From assembly GCA_039819065.1 (NCBI GenBank), contig JBCBSS010000018.1, forward strand, positions 1-64,000: a stretch of 64,000 nucleotides of DNA, given 5' to 3'. Under the pieces are notes generated by a model, which had not been told where the DNA came from, searched no databases, and saw only the letters and a list, made by a program, of their open reading frames with translations. This stretch comes from Bacteroidota bacterium. Lineage in GTDB: Bacteria > Bacteroidota > Bacteroidia > Cytophagales > Cyclobacteriaceae. Below are positions 35,756 through 47,183 of this stretch, in pieces. The stretch's first letter is position 1, and every line of letters begins with the position of its first letter. The position numbers and the translations under genes were made by a program.

Positions 35756-37471
35756 ATGAATATCTTTTTAGACGTACTCACCCTTCTTGGCGCACTAGGC
35801 CTATTTATTTACGGAATGAAGGTAATGAGCGAAGGCATACAAAAAGTTGCCGGTGACAGGCTAAGATCAATCATAGAGTTAATGACTTCGAACCGCGTGA
35901 GCGGTGTGTTCACTGGTTTTTTGACCACATCTATAATTCAATCGTCTTCGGCTACAACGGTAATGGTAGTAAGCTTTGTGAATGCAGGGCTGTTGAAGCT
36001 CAAACAAGCTATTGGGGTGATCATGGGGGCCAACATCGGAACAACAGTCACGGCTTTGCTTATCCTGTTATTTGGCTTTTCAAAGTTTAGTATTTCTACT
36101 TATACGCTGCCTATCATCGCCATAGGTTTCCCTTTGCTTTTTGCTAAAAGTGATAAACTCAAGTATTGGGCAGAATTCTTGATAGGATTTGCCATACTTT
36201 TCATGGGGCTTGATTTTTTAAAAGAGTCTGTACCAGATCTTAAGGACAATCCAGATGTGCTGGAATGGATTACAAACCTTACCAGCTACGGCTACGGATC
36301 AGTTATTCTGTTTGTACTGATAGGTACCCTTTTAACCATAGTGGTGCAATCTTCTAGCGCAGCCATGGCCATTACCCTGATTTTATGCGACAACGGTTGG
36401 ATACCATTTGAAATGGCCGCAGCCATCATACTTGGTGAAAACATTGGCACTACGATCACCGCGAATTTGGCGGCTATAGTGGCAAACGTGCATGCGAAAC
36501 GTGCCGCTCGCGCTCACCTCATGTTCAATATATTTGGTGTAGCATGGATGCTCATTGCTTACTACTTCTACCTAGACGCAATTGATTGGGCTACGCAGCG
36601 ACTTCATGATTATGGGTCACCATTTACCGAAACCAAGGCTGTAAAATATGCCCTAGCCTATTTTCATGTAAGCTTTAATATCCTCAATACCTTTGTTATG
36701 ATTTGGTTTGTTGATCGCATAGAGCGAATGGTGGTCAAGTTGGTGCCAGATAAGAACAAAGAAGGTGAAAGCAGCTTCAAGCTACAATACATCGGTACAG
36801 AGATATCAAGAACAGCGGATTTAGCCATTGTTGAGGCTAGAAAAGAAGTGCATAGATATGCTGAGATCGTAGAAAAAATGTGGGTTACAGTGAAGGAGAT
36901 GTTGTATGAGAACGATACTAAAGTTTCTGCGCAACTTCAGAAGAAAATAGAAGAGGACGAGGAAGTTACTGATAAGTTGGAGGAAGAAGTGGCCAAATAC
37001 CTGGTGCAATTAGCTGAAGGTAGACTAAGTACGGCAGTTTCTCTCCAAATGAGTAGCCTTCTTACTATAGTTAAAGATCTCGAACGAATAGGCGATATTA
37101 TCCTTAGATTATCGCAAGATATAGAGCGACGAAACAGGAAAGAATTCGAATTTACTGAAGAGCAAGTTGATGACCTCCGGAAGATGATTGCCGTTCTTGA
37201 TGAAGCTATAAAGATCATGTTGACCAACCTTTCTGACGATTACGACAAGGCAAATCTTGATGAGGCCAGGAATAAGGAGGTGGAGATTAACAAACTAAAG
37301 AAGAAGCTTCAGAAAAAGCACTTCAAAGCGATTGCCAGCAATGAATATGAAGTTAAATCCGGAATAGTTTATCGTGATGTTTTCTTTGGTTTTGAGAAAA
37401 TGGGAGACCACATCATCAATGTGAGTGAGAACATTGCCGGAAATATGGGTAAGGACGAAGAGGATATGTAG
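35756..37471 (+). CDS. Na/Pi cotransporter fused to a C-terminal PhoU-like regulatory domain
   Basis: two QSSSATT/QSSSAAM repeats followed by about 200 aa of helical PhoU-like domain. Confidence 0.88.
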   Translation: MNIFLDVLTLLGALGLFIYGMKVMSEGIQKVAGDRLRSIIELMTSNRVSGVFTGFLTTSIIQSSSATTVMVVSFVNAGLLKLKQAIGVIMGANIGTTVTALLILLFGFSKFSISTYTLPIIAIGFPLLFAKSDKLKYWAEFLIGFAILFMGLDFLKESVPDLKDNPDVLEWITNLTSYGYGSVILFVLIGTLLTIVVQSSSAAMAITLILCDNGWIPFEMAAAIILGENIGTTITANLAAIVANVHAKRAARAHLMFNIFGVAWMLIAYYFYLDAIDWATQRLHDYGSPFTETKAVKYALAYFHVSFNILNTFVMIWFVDRIERMVVKLVPDKNKEGESSFKLQYIGTEISRTADLAIVEARKEVHRYAEIVEKMWVTVKEMLYENDTKVSAQLQKKIEEDEEVTDKLEEEVAKYLVQLAEGRLSTAVSLQMSSLLTIVKDLERIGDIILRLSQDIERRNRKEFEFTEEQVDDLRKMIAVLDEAIKIMLTNLSDDYDKANLDEARNKEVEINKLKKKLQKKHFKAIASNEYEVKSGIVYRDVFFGFEKMGDHIINVSENIAGNMGKDEEDM

Positions 37472-37475
37472 GGAG

Positions 37476-38666
37476 CTAGTTACCTAGCTCTTGCAGCGCT
37501 ATCCAGGCCATTAATCCTGAACCCAATTCTAGAGCGTCTTCATCTATGTCAAAAGTGGGCGTATGTACAGAGGAGACAATTCCTCTATCCTCATTTCTAA
37601 TCCCTAACCGATAGAAACAACCATCCATGTGATGTGTGTAGAAAGCAAAGTCTTCTGCCGCCATCCATAAATCAAGGTCGACCACGTTGTCTTTTCCTAA
37701 GAACTCTTCAGCCGCTTTTCTAGCTCTTTTAGTAAGCTCAGGATTGTTTTTTAGATAAGGATAACCTTTGACGATATTAACTTCACAGGAGCCGCCCATT
37801 CCTTCTGCGATGCTCTCCGCCATCTTTTTGATCTTTTCATGTGCTTCTGCCCTCCATTCTTCATTCATCGCCCTGAATGTCCCCTCAACTTTTACTTCAT
37901 TGGGGATAATATTGGTTGCCCCATTGGCGATCACTTTACCGAATGACAGCACACAAGGACTTTTAGGGCTGCTATTTCTACTAATGATCTGCTGTAGTGC
38001 AACAATGATATGAGAAGTAATAAGTACTGAGTCTATGTTCTTTTCTGGCATGGCAGCATGGCCACCTTTACCTTTCACGGTAATATAAATCTCATCCGCA
38101 CTTGCCATGTACATGCCTTCACGAAATCCTACTTTACCCACAGGCACAAAAGGCATAACATGTTGACCAATTATTCCTGAAGGCGCAGGGTTTTCCAGGG
38201 CGCCATCTTTGATCATTAGAGTTGCACCACCTGGTGCTTTTTCTTCTCCTGGTTGAAAGATCAGTTTAACCGTTCCTTCAAATTCTTCCTTTATTTCATT
38301 TAGTATTCTGGCCGAACCCAGCAGTGATGCCGTGTGTACGTCATGGCCGCAAGCGTGCATGACGCCTTCGTTCTGTGACTTATAAGGCACATCATTAGCC
38401 TCTTTGATTGGTAGTGCGTCCAAATCAGCCCTCAGAGCAACTATTTTTTTATCTGGATTTTTACCCTCTATGAGAGCGGTAAGACCCGTATCAGCAACAC
38501 CTTCTTTCGGGGCAATGCCAAATGACTTCAATTGATCGGCGACGTACTTGGCCGTTTCGAATTCTTGATAAGATAACTCAGGGTTAGCATGAATGTGCCT
38601 TCTAATACTTACAACATCAGTGGCATAAGTTTTGGCTAATGCCTTTACTTTTTGGGCTAAGGACAT
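37476..38666 (-). CDS. M20-family amidohydrolase (aminoacylase / hippurate-hydrolase-like)
   Basis: …MHACGHDVHTA… metal-binding motif and dimerisation domain. Confidence 0.88.
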   Translation of the reverse strand: MSLAQKVKALAKTYATDVVSIRRHIHANPELSYQEFETAKYVADQLKSFGIAPKEGVADTGLTALIEGKNPDKKIVALRADLDALPIKEANDVPYKSQNEGVMHACGHDVHTASLLGSARILNEIKEEFEGTVKLIFQPGEEKAPGGATLMIKDGALENPAPSGIIGQHVMPFVPVGKVGFREGMYMASADEIYITVKGKGGHAAMPEKNIDSVLITSHIIVALQQIISRNSSPKSPCVLSFGKVIANGATNIIPNEVKVEGTFRAMNEEWRAEAHEKIKKMAESIAEGMGGSCEVNIVKGYPYLKNNPELTKRARKAAEEFLGKDNVVDLDLWMAAEDFAFYTHHMDGCFYRLGIRNEDRGIVSSVHTPTFDIDEDALELGSGLMAWIALQELGN

Positions 38667-38669
38667 CTA

Positions 38670-39215
38670 TCAGTTTTTGTTTATCTGAATTTTGTCAATG
38701 ATGACAATGGCGTTGGGAAAGTTCTTTTTGAGATGGACGTAGTCTTTCTGAGCTTCGAGCCTTGTAAAGTACTTACCAACTTTTACTTTATAATTGGGAG
38801 GGGAAGATTGTATTCTAGGCCTTGAGTTTTCCATCACACTGAACACTTTTCCTCTGGCGATTCTGGCCTCTTGTCTGCTGGAGCCATTATAAACCTGAAT
38901 GGTAAAACCATCCACAGATTTTCTCCCCTTATTGATAATGGCAAGGCTGTCCAATACTTTATTGAGCGGTGCTGTGACGTCGAATTCAGGATCTACATCA
39001 ACCGTTTCTACTGGGTCAACACTATCTAATGTATCCACCGAATCCGTTGCTTCTGTATCGAAAGTAGGGCGATGAGCAGATACATCTTCGTGATAATTGC
39101 CAGTGCCTTTAAGAGAGGAAAGTGATGGGCTACAACCATACAAGAAGAGTAGGCCTAATCCAAGAAGAAGAAATTGTGATTTCATACTAGCTATTTTGGG
39201 TGTCAACTTGGCCAA
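38670..39215 (-). CDS. SPOR-domain lipoprotein
   Basis: lipoprotein signal (…LFLYGCSPS…), C-terminal SPOR-like fold (…FTIQVYNGSSRQEARIARGKV…YKVKVGKYFTRLEAQKDYVHLKKNFPNAIVI). Confidence 0.65.
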   Translation of the reverse strand: MAKLTPKIASMKSQFLLLGLGLLFLYGCSPSLSSLKGTGNYHEDVSAHRPTFDTEATDSVDTLDSVDPVETVDVDPEFDVTAPLNKVLDSLAIINKGRKSVDGFTIQVYNGSSRQEARIARGKVFSVMENSRPRIQSSPPNYKVKVGKYFTRLEAQKDYVHLKKNFPNAIVIIDKIQINKN

Positions 39216-42200
39216 CTAATCTTCAACAAGTACACACTTGTTATTCTTAATATCCTCTTCTACCGTTTTGAACTTAACATCTTTTTTGATGCTGCCATCC
39301 ATGTACTGCACCGTTACGCGTTCGTTTCTTCCTGCCACTTTTTGGGATTTAACCGGTTCAATTTTCTGAATGGGAGGTCTATTCGCACCCGGCTGGCTTC
39401 CACCACTCAATAGTGATCGAGATTCATCCTTTTGCTCTTTGAGGTTCTGACGACTCTTTTGTCTCTTGGCTTCTTGAAGGTTTTCTGTTTCTTCAGAATA
39501 GATGTCTGACTTACTCAAGAAGGAGACAGTATCTTCATTCACCTGAGACATGAAACGTTTGAAAAGCTCAAAACCCTCGAATTTATAAACAAGTAAAGGA
39601 TCCTTCTGCTCATGAACGGCCATTTGAACGGCTTGTTTAAGATCGTCCATTTCTCGCAAGTGCTCTTTCCAGGCCTGATCGATGATTCCAAGGGCAATCA
39701 TTTTCTCCATGCCTTTGATCATCTCCCTATTGTCAGTCTCAACACACTTTTCTAGGTTGACCGCTGCACCAATTTGCCTTTTACCATCTGTAAAAGGTAC
39801 CAGAATGTTTTCAATAACCGCGCCACGGTGCTTATGGAATTCCTTTATGTTGGGCAGTGCTTTTTCAGCAATTGCTTTGTTTTTAGCTCTATAGCGAGTC
39901 AGTGCTTCCGCATATAGCTTTTCTGTTAACTCTTCGGCTGAAATTTCTTTGAACTGCTCTTCTGTAATATCGAAATCCAGCGCCATTACCCCTAGCACAG
40001 TTAACTTGAAGCTGTCATAGTTTTCTGCACCTTTGGTATTGAGTACAATGTCCTCACTGGTTTCGTAGAACATGGTCATAATATCTAACTCAAGGCGTTC
40101 TCCAAATAAGGCATGTTTTCTCCTTTTATAGATTACCTCCCTTTGTGAGTTCATCACATCATCGTATTCCAGGAGTCGCTTTCTGATACCGAAGTTGTTT
40201 TCCTCAACTTTCTTCTGTGCCCTTTCTATTGACTTGGTAACCATAGAATGGGAGATTACCTCACCTTCTTTAAGCCCCATACGGTCCATGATCTTGGCGA
40301 TACGCTCTGGCATGAACATACGCATTAGGTTATCCTCCAGTGATACAAAGAATTGCGATGAACCCGGATCACCCTGACGCCCTGCTCTACCGCGCAACTG
40401 ACGGTCAACCCGTCTTGACTCGTGTCTTTCAGTACCGATGATGGCTAGTCCGCCTGCTTCTTTGGATTCGGGCGTGAGCTTAATATCAGTTCCACGACCG
40501 GCCATGTTGGTGGCAATAGTAACAGTGCCAGGCTTACCCGCTTCTGCAACTACATCAGCTTCTTTTTGGTGTTGCTTGGCATTCAGCACCTGGTGCTTGA
40601 TCTTGCGCATGTTGAGCATTTTACTCACCAGCTCTGATATTTCAACGGAAGTGGTTCCTACCAATACCGGCCTTCCTTGTCCGGTTAATTCCACGATCTC
40701 GTCCGCCACAGCATTAAATTTCTCGCGCATGGTTTTATAGACAAGGTCGTCTCTATCAGCCCTTACGATTTCACGATTCGTTGGAATTACGATTACATCC
40801 AACTTATATATCTCCCAGAACTCACCAGCTTCAGTTTCGGCAGTACCGGTCATACCGGCAAGCTTGTGGTACATTCTGAAGTAGTTCTGCAAAGTAATCG
40901 TCGCGTAAGTCTGTGTAGCATCTTCCACCTTCACATTTTCCTTCGCTTCAAGTGCCTGGTGCAGACCATCGGCGAATCTTCTTCCTTCCATCACACGACC
41001 TGTCTGCTCGTCAACAATCTTGACCTTACCATCAACAATGATGTACTCGGTATCTTTCTCGAATAGCGTATAAGCTTTCAATAACTGATTGACGGAGTGT
41101 ATCCTTTGGGATTTGATAGAATATTCCTTTACGATCTCATCTTTCTTCTTCACCTTTTCGGAATCCTCCATGGTCTCGTCCTTCTCAAGATTGGCGATTT
41201 CACCGCCAATATCAGGTAGCACAAAGAAGCTTTGATCTTCACCTGACTTGGTGATCCTTTCAATACCCTTCTCGGTAAGATCGGTACTATTTGTCTTCTC
41301 ATCTATAGTGAAAAGCAGTGGCTCATCCGCCTCAGGCATAAGCTTGCTATTTTCTGCCAGGTAGATGTTCTCTGTTTTTTGTAGAATTTGTCTGACCCCC
41401 GTCTCACTCAAATATTTAATGAGAGGTTTATGCTTAGGCAAAGCACGATAGGCACGAAAGAGTGACAGCCCACCTTCCTTCTCATTACCTTCAGTGATCA
41501 ATTTCTTTGCTTCAACCAGAAAAGAAGAAGCGATTTTTTTCTGTGCTTCTACCAATTGTGATATTCTGGGCTTGAGATCATGATATTCGTGCTCATCCCC
41601 TTTGGGTATGGGGCCGGAGATGATAAGGGGCGTTCTTGCTTCGTCAATTAACACAGAGTCAACCTCATCGACCATGGCATAGTGATGCTTGCGCTGTACT
41701 AAGTCTTCCGGGTCACGAGACATATTGTCTCTTAGATAATCGAAACCAAATTCATTGTTGGTTCCATAAGTGATATCTGCTAGGTAAGCGGCCCTTCTTT
41801 CTTCAGAGTTGGGTTCATGCTTATCTACACAGTCTACATTTAAGCCGTGGAATTGAAAGAGTGGAGCCATCCACTCGCTATCTCGTTTGGCCAGGTAATC
41901 GTTGACCGTAACGATGTGAACACCTCGACCCGCCAGGGCATTCAAGAAAGCTGGTAGGGTAGCAACAAGTGTTTTTCCTTCACCAGTAGCCATCTCCGCA
42001 ATTTTCCCTTCATGAAGAACGATACCACCAATCAACTGAACATCATAGTGCAACATATCCCAGGTAATCTCATTACCGGCAGCCATCCACTTGTTATGCC
42101 AAATGGCCTGATCATTCTTGATTTCTACATTACTGAATTTAGCCGCAAGTGTCTTGTCATGCATGTTAGCAGTGACGGTAAGCTGATCATTTTCTTTAAA

Positions 42201-42563
42201 CCTCCTTGCCGTTTCTTTGACTATCGCAAAAGCTCTGGGTAGAACAGCCTTAAGTACCTCTTCGAGTTCTTTATTGCGCTTTTCCTCCAGGTCATCTATT
42301 TGCTTGAATGTATCTTCTTTCTCTTGAATATCTAGTTCAGGATTATCATCAATATGCAGGTGAAGCTTTTTTAATTCATCATCAACGTGTTTCAAGGCGG
42401 CGTTTATTTCTTCTTTGATCTTATTGGTAGCCTCTCGCAAGTCGTCATCGCTTATAGACGGCAGCTTGGCAAACTCCTCATTGACCTTATCTACAATCGG
42501 CAGCAGCTTATTTATGTCTTTGTCTGACTTAGTCCCAAATAATTTTGCGATTACCTTAAACAT
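39216..42563 (-). CDS. secA: preprotein translocase ATPase SecA
   Basis: 1115 aa; DEAD-like motor (…MATGEGKTLVATLPAFLNAL…, …VDEVDSVLIDEARTPLIISG…). Confidence 0.97.
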   Translation of the reverse strand: MFKVIAKLFGTKSDKDINKLLPIVDKVNEEFAKLPSISDDDLREATNKIKEEINAALKHVDDELKKLHLHIDDNPELDIQEKEDTFKQIDDLEEKRNKELEEVLKAVLPRAFAIVKETARRFKENDQLTVTANMHDKTLAAKFSNVEIKNDQAIWHNKWMAAGNEITWDMLHYDVQLIGGIVLHEGKIAEMATGEGKTLVATLPAFLNALAGRGVHIVTVNDYLAKRDSEWMAPLFQFHGLNVDCVDKHEPNSEERRAAYLADITYGTNNEFGFDYLRDNMSRDPEDLVQRKHHYAMVDEVDSVLIDEARTPLIISGPIPKGDEHEYHDLKPRISQLVEAQKKIASSFLVEAKKLITEGNEKEGGLSLFRAYRALPKHKPLIKYLSETGVRQILQKTENIYLAENSKLMPEADEPLLFTIDEKTNSTDLTEKGIERITKSGEDQSFFVLPDIGGEIANLEKDETMEDSEKVKKKDEIVKEYSIKSQRIHSVNQLLKAYTLFEKDTEYIIVDGKVKIVDEQTGRVMEGRRFADGLHQALEAKENVKVEDATQTYATITLQNYFRMYHKLAGMTGTAETEAGEFWEIYKLDVIVIPTNREIVRADRDDLVYKTMREKFNAVADEIVELTGQGRPVLVGTTSVEISELVSKMLNMRKIKHQVLNAKQHQKEADVVAEAGKPGTVTIATNMAGRGTDIKLTPESKEAGGLAIIGTERHESRRVDRQLRGRAGRQGDPGSSQFFVSLEDNLMRMFMPERIAKIMDRMGLKEGEVISHSMVTKSIERAQKKVEENNFGIRKRLLEYDDVMNSQREVIYKRRKHALFGERLELDIMTMFYETSEDIVLNTKGAENYDSFKLTVLGVMALDFDITEEQFKEISAEELTEKLYAEALTRYRAKNKAIAEKALPNIKEFHKHRGAVIENILVPFTDGKRQIGAAVNLEKCVETDNREMIKGMEKMIALGIIDQAWKEHLREMDDLKQAVQMAVHEQKDPLLVYKFEGFELFKRFMSQVNEDTVSFLSKSDIYSEETENLQEAKRQKSRQNLKEQKDESRSLLSGGSQPGANRPPIQKIEPVKSQKVAGRNERVTVQYMDGSIKKDVKFKTVEEDIKNNKCVLVED

Positions 42564-42665
42564 AATATGATAGTGCAGTTTTCTTAATTACAACTTTAAA
42601 TTTAGCGCCTTTTAGTCAATAAAGACTAATACGAATCGCCCTCTTGAGTAATTCGAATGTTCAGT

Positions 42666-43445
42666 TTACAAATCAGCTATGTCGATCTCTCCTTCAAAAA
42701 CCTTAACCGCAGGTCCAATAAGGTATACATCTTCATATTGTCCACTTTCGGTGCGCTTAAATTCTACCGAAAGCTGACCCCCTTTGGTGCTAATACGAAC
42801 AGGGCTTGACACCTTTTGTGACATCGAGGCTATTGCAGAAGCCGTTACCCCTGTACCACATGACAATGTTTCATTCTCGACCCCGCGTTCGTAAGTCCTC
42901 ACAAATATTTCACTAGGACTTGTCACTTCTACAAAATTGACATTCACACCGCCCTTTTCCTTGAAAGATTCGTCATATCTAAGCTTTCTTCCGGAAGAGA
43001 TAACGTCAAAATTGTCCACTTCTTTGACAAATTGCACCAAATGAGGTGATCCAGTGTCAACAAATATGCCATCAGCGATAGTACTGACATTTTGTACGTC
43101 TCCCATTTTTAACTTCACCGTATTCCCGATAATTTCGGCCTCATGTGGCCCATCATAAGCCAGAAACTGCGTAGTATTTGAAACCAAGCCCAACGCCTCG
43201 GCAAATTTCACTGCACATCTGCTTCCATTCCCACATAGACTTTGGCTGCCATCGGGATTATAGAATACCATTTCGAAGTCATATTGCGTGTGATTTTCGA
43301 TCAAAATAAGACCGTCTGAACCTATTCCGAACTTTCTATCACATACCTTGCTTACCGATTCAAGATCATCACGATCAAATTTCGCATCCCTATTGTCGAT
43401 CATCACAAAATCGTTCCCTGTTCCCTGATATTTGAAAAACTTCAT
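42666..43445 (-). CDS. dapF: diaminopimelate epimerase
   Basis: MKFFKYQGTGNDFVMIDN… start and two catalytic-Cys motifs (…LCGNGSRCAV…, …LSCGTGVTAS…). Confidence 0.92.
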   Translation of the reverse strand: MKFFKYQGTGNDFVMIDNRDAKFDRDDLESVSKVCDRKFGIGSDGLILIENHTQYDFEMVFYNPDGSQSLCGNGSRCAVKFAEALGLVSNTTQFLAYDGPHEAEIIGNTVKLKMGDVQNVSTIADGIFVDTGSPHLVQFVKEVDNFDVISSGRKLRYDESFKEKGGVNVNFVEVTSPSEIFVRTYERGVENETLSCGTGVTASAIASMSQKVSSPVRISTKGGQLSVEFKRTESGQYEDVYLIGPAVKVFEGEIDIADL

Positions 43446-43645
43446 TTTGATTATGTTTTCGGCTTATTCGATGATTTGTTTAAAGCAAATTTTACTATGC
43501 TAAGGTAAGAACACCAGTTAGACCTTTAAAGGTTTTTATTCATTAAGCGCGATCAAATGGTACATGTGTTTTGTCAGGCCTCATATCAACAAGTATGCTT
43601 GCGAGCAGGGGCCTAACTTAGTGTCATCGTTTAAAAGTTGAAGTT

Positions 43646-43831
43646 ATGAAAAGGTTGGCTTTGTTTATCGCTGTCATATTAGGCGGAGTTCTCACCAGTT
43701 GTTCAAGTACTATACACACCACTCAGAAAGGTCAGACGTGGAGCGAGTATCGTTCTTACAAAAATCAGAATTCTATGATGGTAGATAAGACGAAGCGACC
43801 TAAGACTAAAAGAAAGAAGCAAAACTGGTAG
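43646..43831 (+). CDS. small lipoprotein, hypothetical
   Basis: 61-aa ORF with lipobox LTSC. Confidence 0.3.
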   Translation: MKRLALFIAVILGGVLTSCSSTIHTTQKGQTWSEYRSYKNQNSMMVDKTKRPKTKRKKQNW

Positions 43832-43888
43832 TTAAATACTAATTTTTTCCAGTTTCAGGTTACCATTTTTTTAGTGTAAGTTATCCAA

Positions 43889-43923
43889 ACCTAAGCGCAC
43901 CGGAAGGGGGCTTAGGTTTTTTT
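43889..43923. terminator. bidirectional intrinsic terminator
   Basis: CCTAAGC-N13-GCTTAGG hairpin followed by TTTTTTT on the plus strand; lies between convergent small genes. Confidence 0.5.
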
Positions 43924-44164
43924 AATCCAATTCCTCGTAGTCAACATATTCTCCTCCCCTGTAGTTTTTGGAAGATTTCTTTTGATCCTTTTTGGGAACA
44001 AAATCAATATTTACGTTACCATCGGCGGGTCTTGATTTAGTATTAGCATTGCCTGAAAACCCGTCTCTTTGAGAAGTTGAAGTGCCCAGAAATACCCTGA
44101 AGAAGTTTCCAGCCAATCTAAGCACTAGGAATATGATCAGAAAGATGATTAATATTTTGGACAT
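43922..44164 (-). CDS. small N-terminally anchored membrane protein, hypothetical
   Basis: 80-aa ORF downstream of carB on the same strand. Confidence 0.35.
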   Translation of the reverse strand: MSKILIIFLIIFLVLRLAGNFFRVFLGTSTSQRDGFSGNANTKSRPADGNVNIDFVPKKDQKKSSKNYRGGEYVDYEELD

Positions 44165-44190
44165 ATCTTCTTAGGTTATATCCATTTAAC

Positions 44191-47004
44191 TTACTTGCTA
44201 AGGTATAGGTTTCGCTCAGAGTAAATTTTCAAGAAATAATCGTCCATCAAATCATCTATGAAGTAGATAGCTTCCCCGGTTGATTTCATCTCAGGCCCAA
44301 GCTCCTTGTTCACATTAGGAAACTTATTAAATGAGAATACCGGCTCTTTAATTGCATATCCTTTTTTCTTAGGATTGAACTGGAAGTCTTTCACTTTGTT
44401 TTCTCCCAACATGACCTTGGTGGCGTAGTTCACATAAGGCTCGTCATAAGCTTTACATATGAAAGGTACCGTTCGAGAAGCACGAGGATTGGCCTCTATG
44501 ATGTATACCTTATCATCTTTAATTGCAAATTGTATATTGATCAACCCAACTGTTTTGAGCGCCAGTGCGATTTTCTTAGTATACGTCTCCATTTGCTGGA
44601 CTATAAAATCACCTAGGTTGAATGGAGGTAAAACCGCATAAGAATCACCTGAGTGGATTCCGGCAGGCTCAATGTGCTGCATGATACCTATAATGTAAAC
44701 CTCTTCTCCATCACAAATGGCGTCAGCCTCTGCTTCTATGGCACCGTCAAGGAAGTGGTCGAGTAGAATTTTATTCCCTGGAATTTCTTTCATCACTTTC
44801 ACGATGTGCGATTCCAACTCTTCCTCGTTGATCACAATCTTCATGTTCTGACCGCCCAGTACGTAAGAAGGCCTTACGAGCAGCGGAAATCCGATTTCTT
44901 TGGAAAGATCTAATGCATGGTTGGCATCTTCTGCCACTCCAAATTCAGGATACGGGATATCATTTTCTTTAAGTAGTGTAGAAAAACTTCCCCTATCTTC
45001 AGCGAGGTCAAGAGAATCGAAAGAGGTGCCGATGATTTTCACACCATATCTTTCGAGCTTTTCAGCAAGCTTCAGAGCAGTCTGACCACCCAGCTGTACG
45101 ATAACACCTTCTGGTTTTTCCATCTCAATGATCTCATAGATGTGCTCCCAGAATACTGGCTCGAAGTATAGCTTGTCAGCCACGTCGAAATCAGTAGAAA
45201 CGGTTTCCGGGTTACAATTGATCATGATCGCTTCATAGCCACATTCTTTGGCTGCCAGAATACCGTGTACACAAGAGTAATCGAATTCTATTCCTTGGCC
45301 GATTCGGTTAGGGCCAGAACCTAATACGATGATCTTCTTTCTATCAGAGACGGTAGACTCGTTCTCCTCTCCAAATGTAGAATAGTAATAAGGCGTTTGT
45401 GCCTCAAACTCTGCCGCACAAGTATCAACCAGTTTGTAGACGCGGTTAATACCCATCGACTTGCGCTTGTTATAGACTTCGCTTTCAAGGCAACCCAGAA
45501 GATGACCGAGCTGTCTATCTGCATAGCCCTTTCTCTTGGCTGTCAAAAGCAACTCACTAGGGATATTTTCTAATGTATATTGCTCTATTTGCTTTTCTAG
45601 ATTGAGCAGGTCTTCAATTTGCATTAAGAACCACTTGTCAATTTTAGAAAGCTTTTGAATAGTTTTAAAGGCTACTCCAAGCTTGAAAGCATCATATATA
45701 TGGAAAAGCCTGTCCCAACTCGGGTGCTCTAAGCTTTCTATGATCTCGTCTCTTTCAGTTAATTCCTTGCCATCTGCACCGAGGCCATTTCTTTTGATCT
45801 CCAGTGACTGACAAGCTTTCTGCAGTGCTTCCTGGAAAGTACGTCCGATGCCCATTACCTCACCAACGGCTTTCATTTGGAGACCTAACTTGACATCAGC
45901 GCCTTGGAATTTATCGAAGTTCCATCGGGGAATCTTCACGATCACATAGTCGATAGCTGGCTCAAAGTAGGCAGAAGTAGTGCCTGTAATGGCGTTTTTT
46001 AGCTCATCAAGGTTATAACCGATGGCAAGCTTGGCTGCAATCTTAGCAATCGGATACCCTGTGGCTTTAGAAGCTAGTGCTGATGATCGCGAAACCCTTG
46101 GGTTGATTTCTATACCGATGATATCATCTGTTTCGGGATCGACCGCAAACTGTACGTTACATCCACCGGCGAACTGTCCGATGGCATTCATCATTCTGAT
46201 AGCCATGTCCCTCATTTCCTGATACACGGTATCGGGAAGCGTCATGGCCGGAGCCACTGTGATAGAATCACCAGTGTGAACTCCCATTGGATCAAAGTTC
46301 TCAATCGAACAGATAATGATTACGTTACCCAGATTGTCTCGTAGCAACTCTAGTTCGTATTCCTTCCAACCCAGAATGCTTTGTTCTACCAATACCTCAT
46401 GGATAGGCGACATGTGCAGACCACGAGTTAGCGCTTTCTCAAAGTCTTCAGCGCTGTTTACGAATCCTCCACCAGTACCGCCGAGTGTGAAAGAAGGTCT
46501 GATAACAAGAGGGTAACCAATTTCCTGGGCAATTTCTTTACCCTGTAGAAATGATGTGGCCGTTTTTCCTTTACATACACCAATGCCTATTTCGTGCATC
46601 AAGAGCCTGAATTTCTCGCGATCTTCAGTAGTCTCAATAGCCGTAATATCTACTCCGATAATTTTCACCCCATAGTGTTTCCAGATACCGGCATTCTCAC
46701 AATCTATAGCGAGATTAAGTGCCGTCTGACCTCCCATGGTAGGCAGTACGGCGTCAATGTTATGCTTCTCAAGGATTTCCCTGATATACTTTTTTTCAAG
46801 TGGTTTGAGATAAATGTGGTCTGCAACCACATTGTCCGTCATAATGGTAGCAGGATTGGAGTTGATTAGGATAACCTCGATCCCTTCTTCTCTTAGTGAT
46901 CTGGACGCTTGGGATCCTGAATAATCAAATTCGCAGGCTTGTCCGATCACTATAGGGCCGCTACCTATTATGAGTACTGATCGTATACTTCTATCTCTTG
47001 GCAT
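44191..47004 (-). CDS. carB: carbamoyl-phosphate synthase large subunit (937 aa, lacking the C-terminal MGS-like allosteric domain)
   Basis: two ATP-grasp halves (…[30 protein letters not shown]… and …[21 protein letters not shown]…). Confidence 0.97.
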   Translation of the reverse strand: MPRDRSIRSVLIIGSGPIVIGQACEFDYSGSQASRSLREEGIEVILINSNPATIMTDNVVADHIYLKPLEKKYIREILEKHNIDAVLPTMGGQTALNLAIDCENAGIWKHYGVKIIGVDITAIETTEDREKFRLLMHEIGIGVCKGKTATSFLQGKEIAQEIGYPLVIRPSFTLGGTGGGFVNSAEDFEKALTRGLHMSPIHEVLVEQSILGWKEYELELLRDNLGNVIIICSIENFDPMGVHTGDSITVAPAMTLPDTVYQEMRDMAIRMMNAIGQFAGGCNVQFAVDPETDDIIGIEINPRVSRSSALASKATGYPIAKIAAKLAIGYNLDELKNAITGTTSAYFEPAIDYVIVKIPRWNFDKFQGADVKLGLQMKAVGEVMGIGRTFQEALQKACQSLEIKRNGLGADGKELTERDEIIESLEHPSWDRLFHIYDAFKLGVAFKTIQKLSKIDKWFLMQIEDLLNLEKQIEQYTLENIPSELLLTAKRKGYADRQLGHLLGCLESEVYNKRKSMGINRVYKLVDTCAAEFEAQTPYYYSTFGEENESTVSDRKKIIVLGSGPNRIGQGIEFDYSCVHGILAAKECGYEAIMINCNPETVSTDFDVADKLYFEPVFWEHIYEIIEMEKPEGVIVQLGGQTALKLAEKLERYGVKIIGTSFDSLDLAEDRGSFSTLLKENDIPYPEFGVAEDANHALDLSKEIGFPLLVRPSYVLGGQNMKIVINEEELESHIVKVMKEIPGNKILLDHFLDGAIEAEADAICDGEEVYIIGIMQHIEPAGIHSGDSYAVLPPFNLGDFIVQQMETYTKKIALALKTVGLINIQFAIKDDKVYIIEANPRASRTVPFICKAYDEPYVNYATKVMLGENKVKDFQFNPKKKGYAIKEPVFSFNKFPNVNKELGPEMKSTGEAIYFIDDLMDDYFLKIYSERNLYLSK

Positions 47005-47183
47005 TGAAAGGTGTTATAAAGTGGTGAAGTTTGCTTAAGTATAAATTGGCGCTAAATTATAGCAAATGAACTATAATCAAAATGTAATAAGCTATGGTTT
47101 CTGGTTTTCATGAAATAATAGCGCCTGGTGCTTATTTTTGTCTAGTAACACTGAACCCCAAGAAAAACCATCCTTTGTGAATT

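Noticed and set aside
37472-37491. GAGCTAG-tta-CCTAGCTC hairpin between the convergent Na/Pi-PhoU and M20 genes
   Set aside because: It overlaps the M20 stop and last codons and has no T-run; it may help terminate convergent transcripts but is too weak to annotate.
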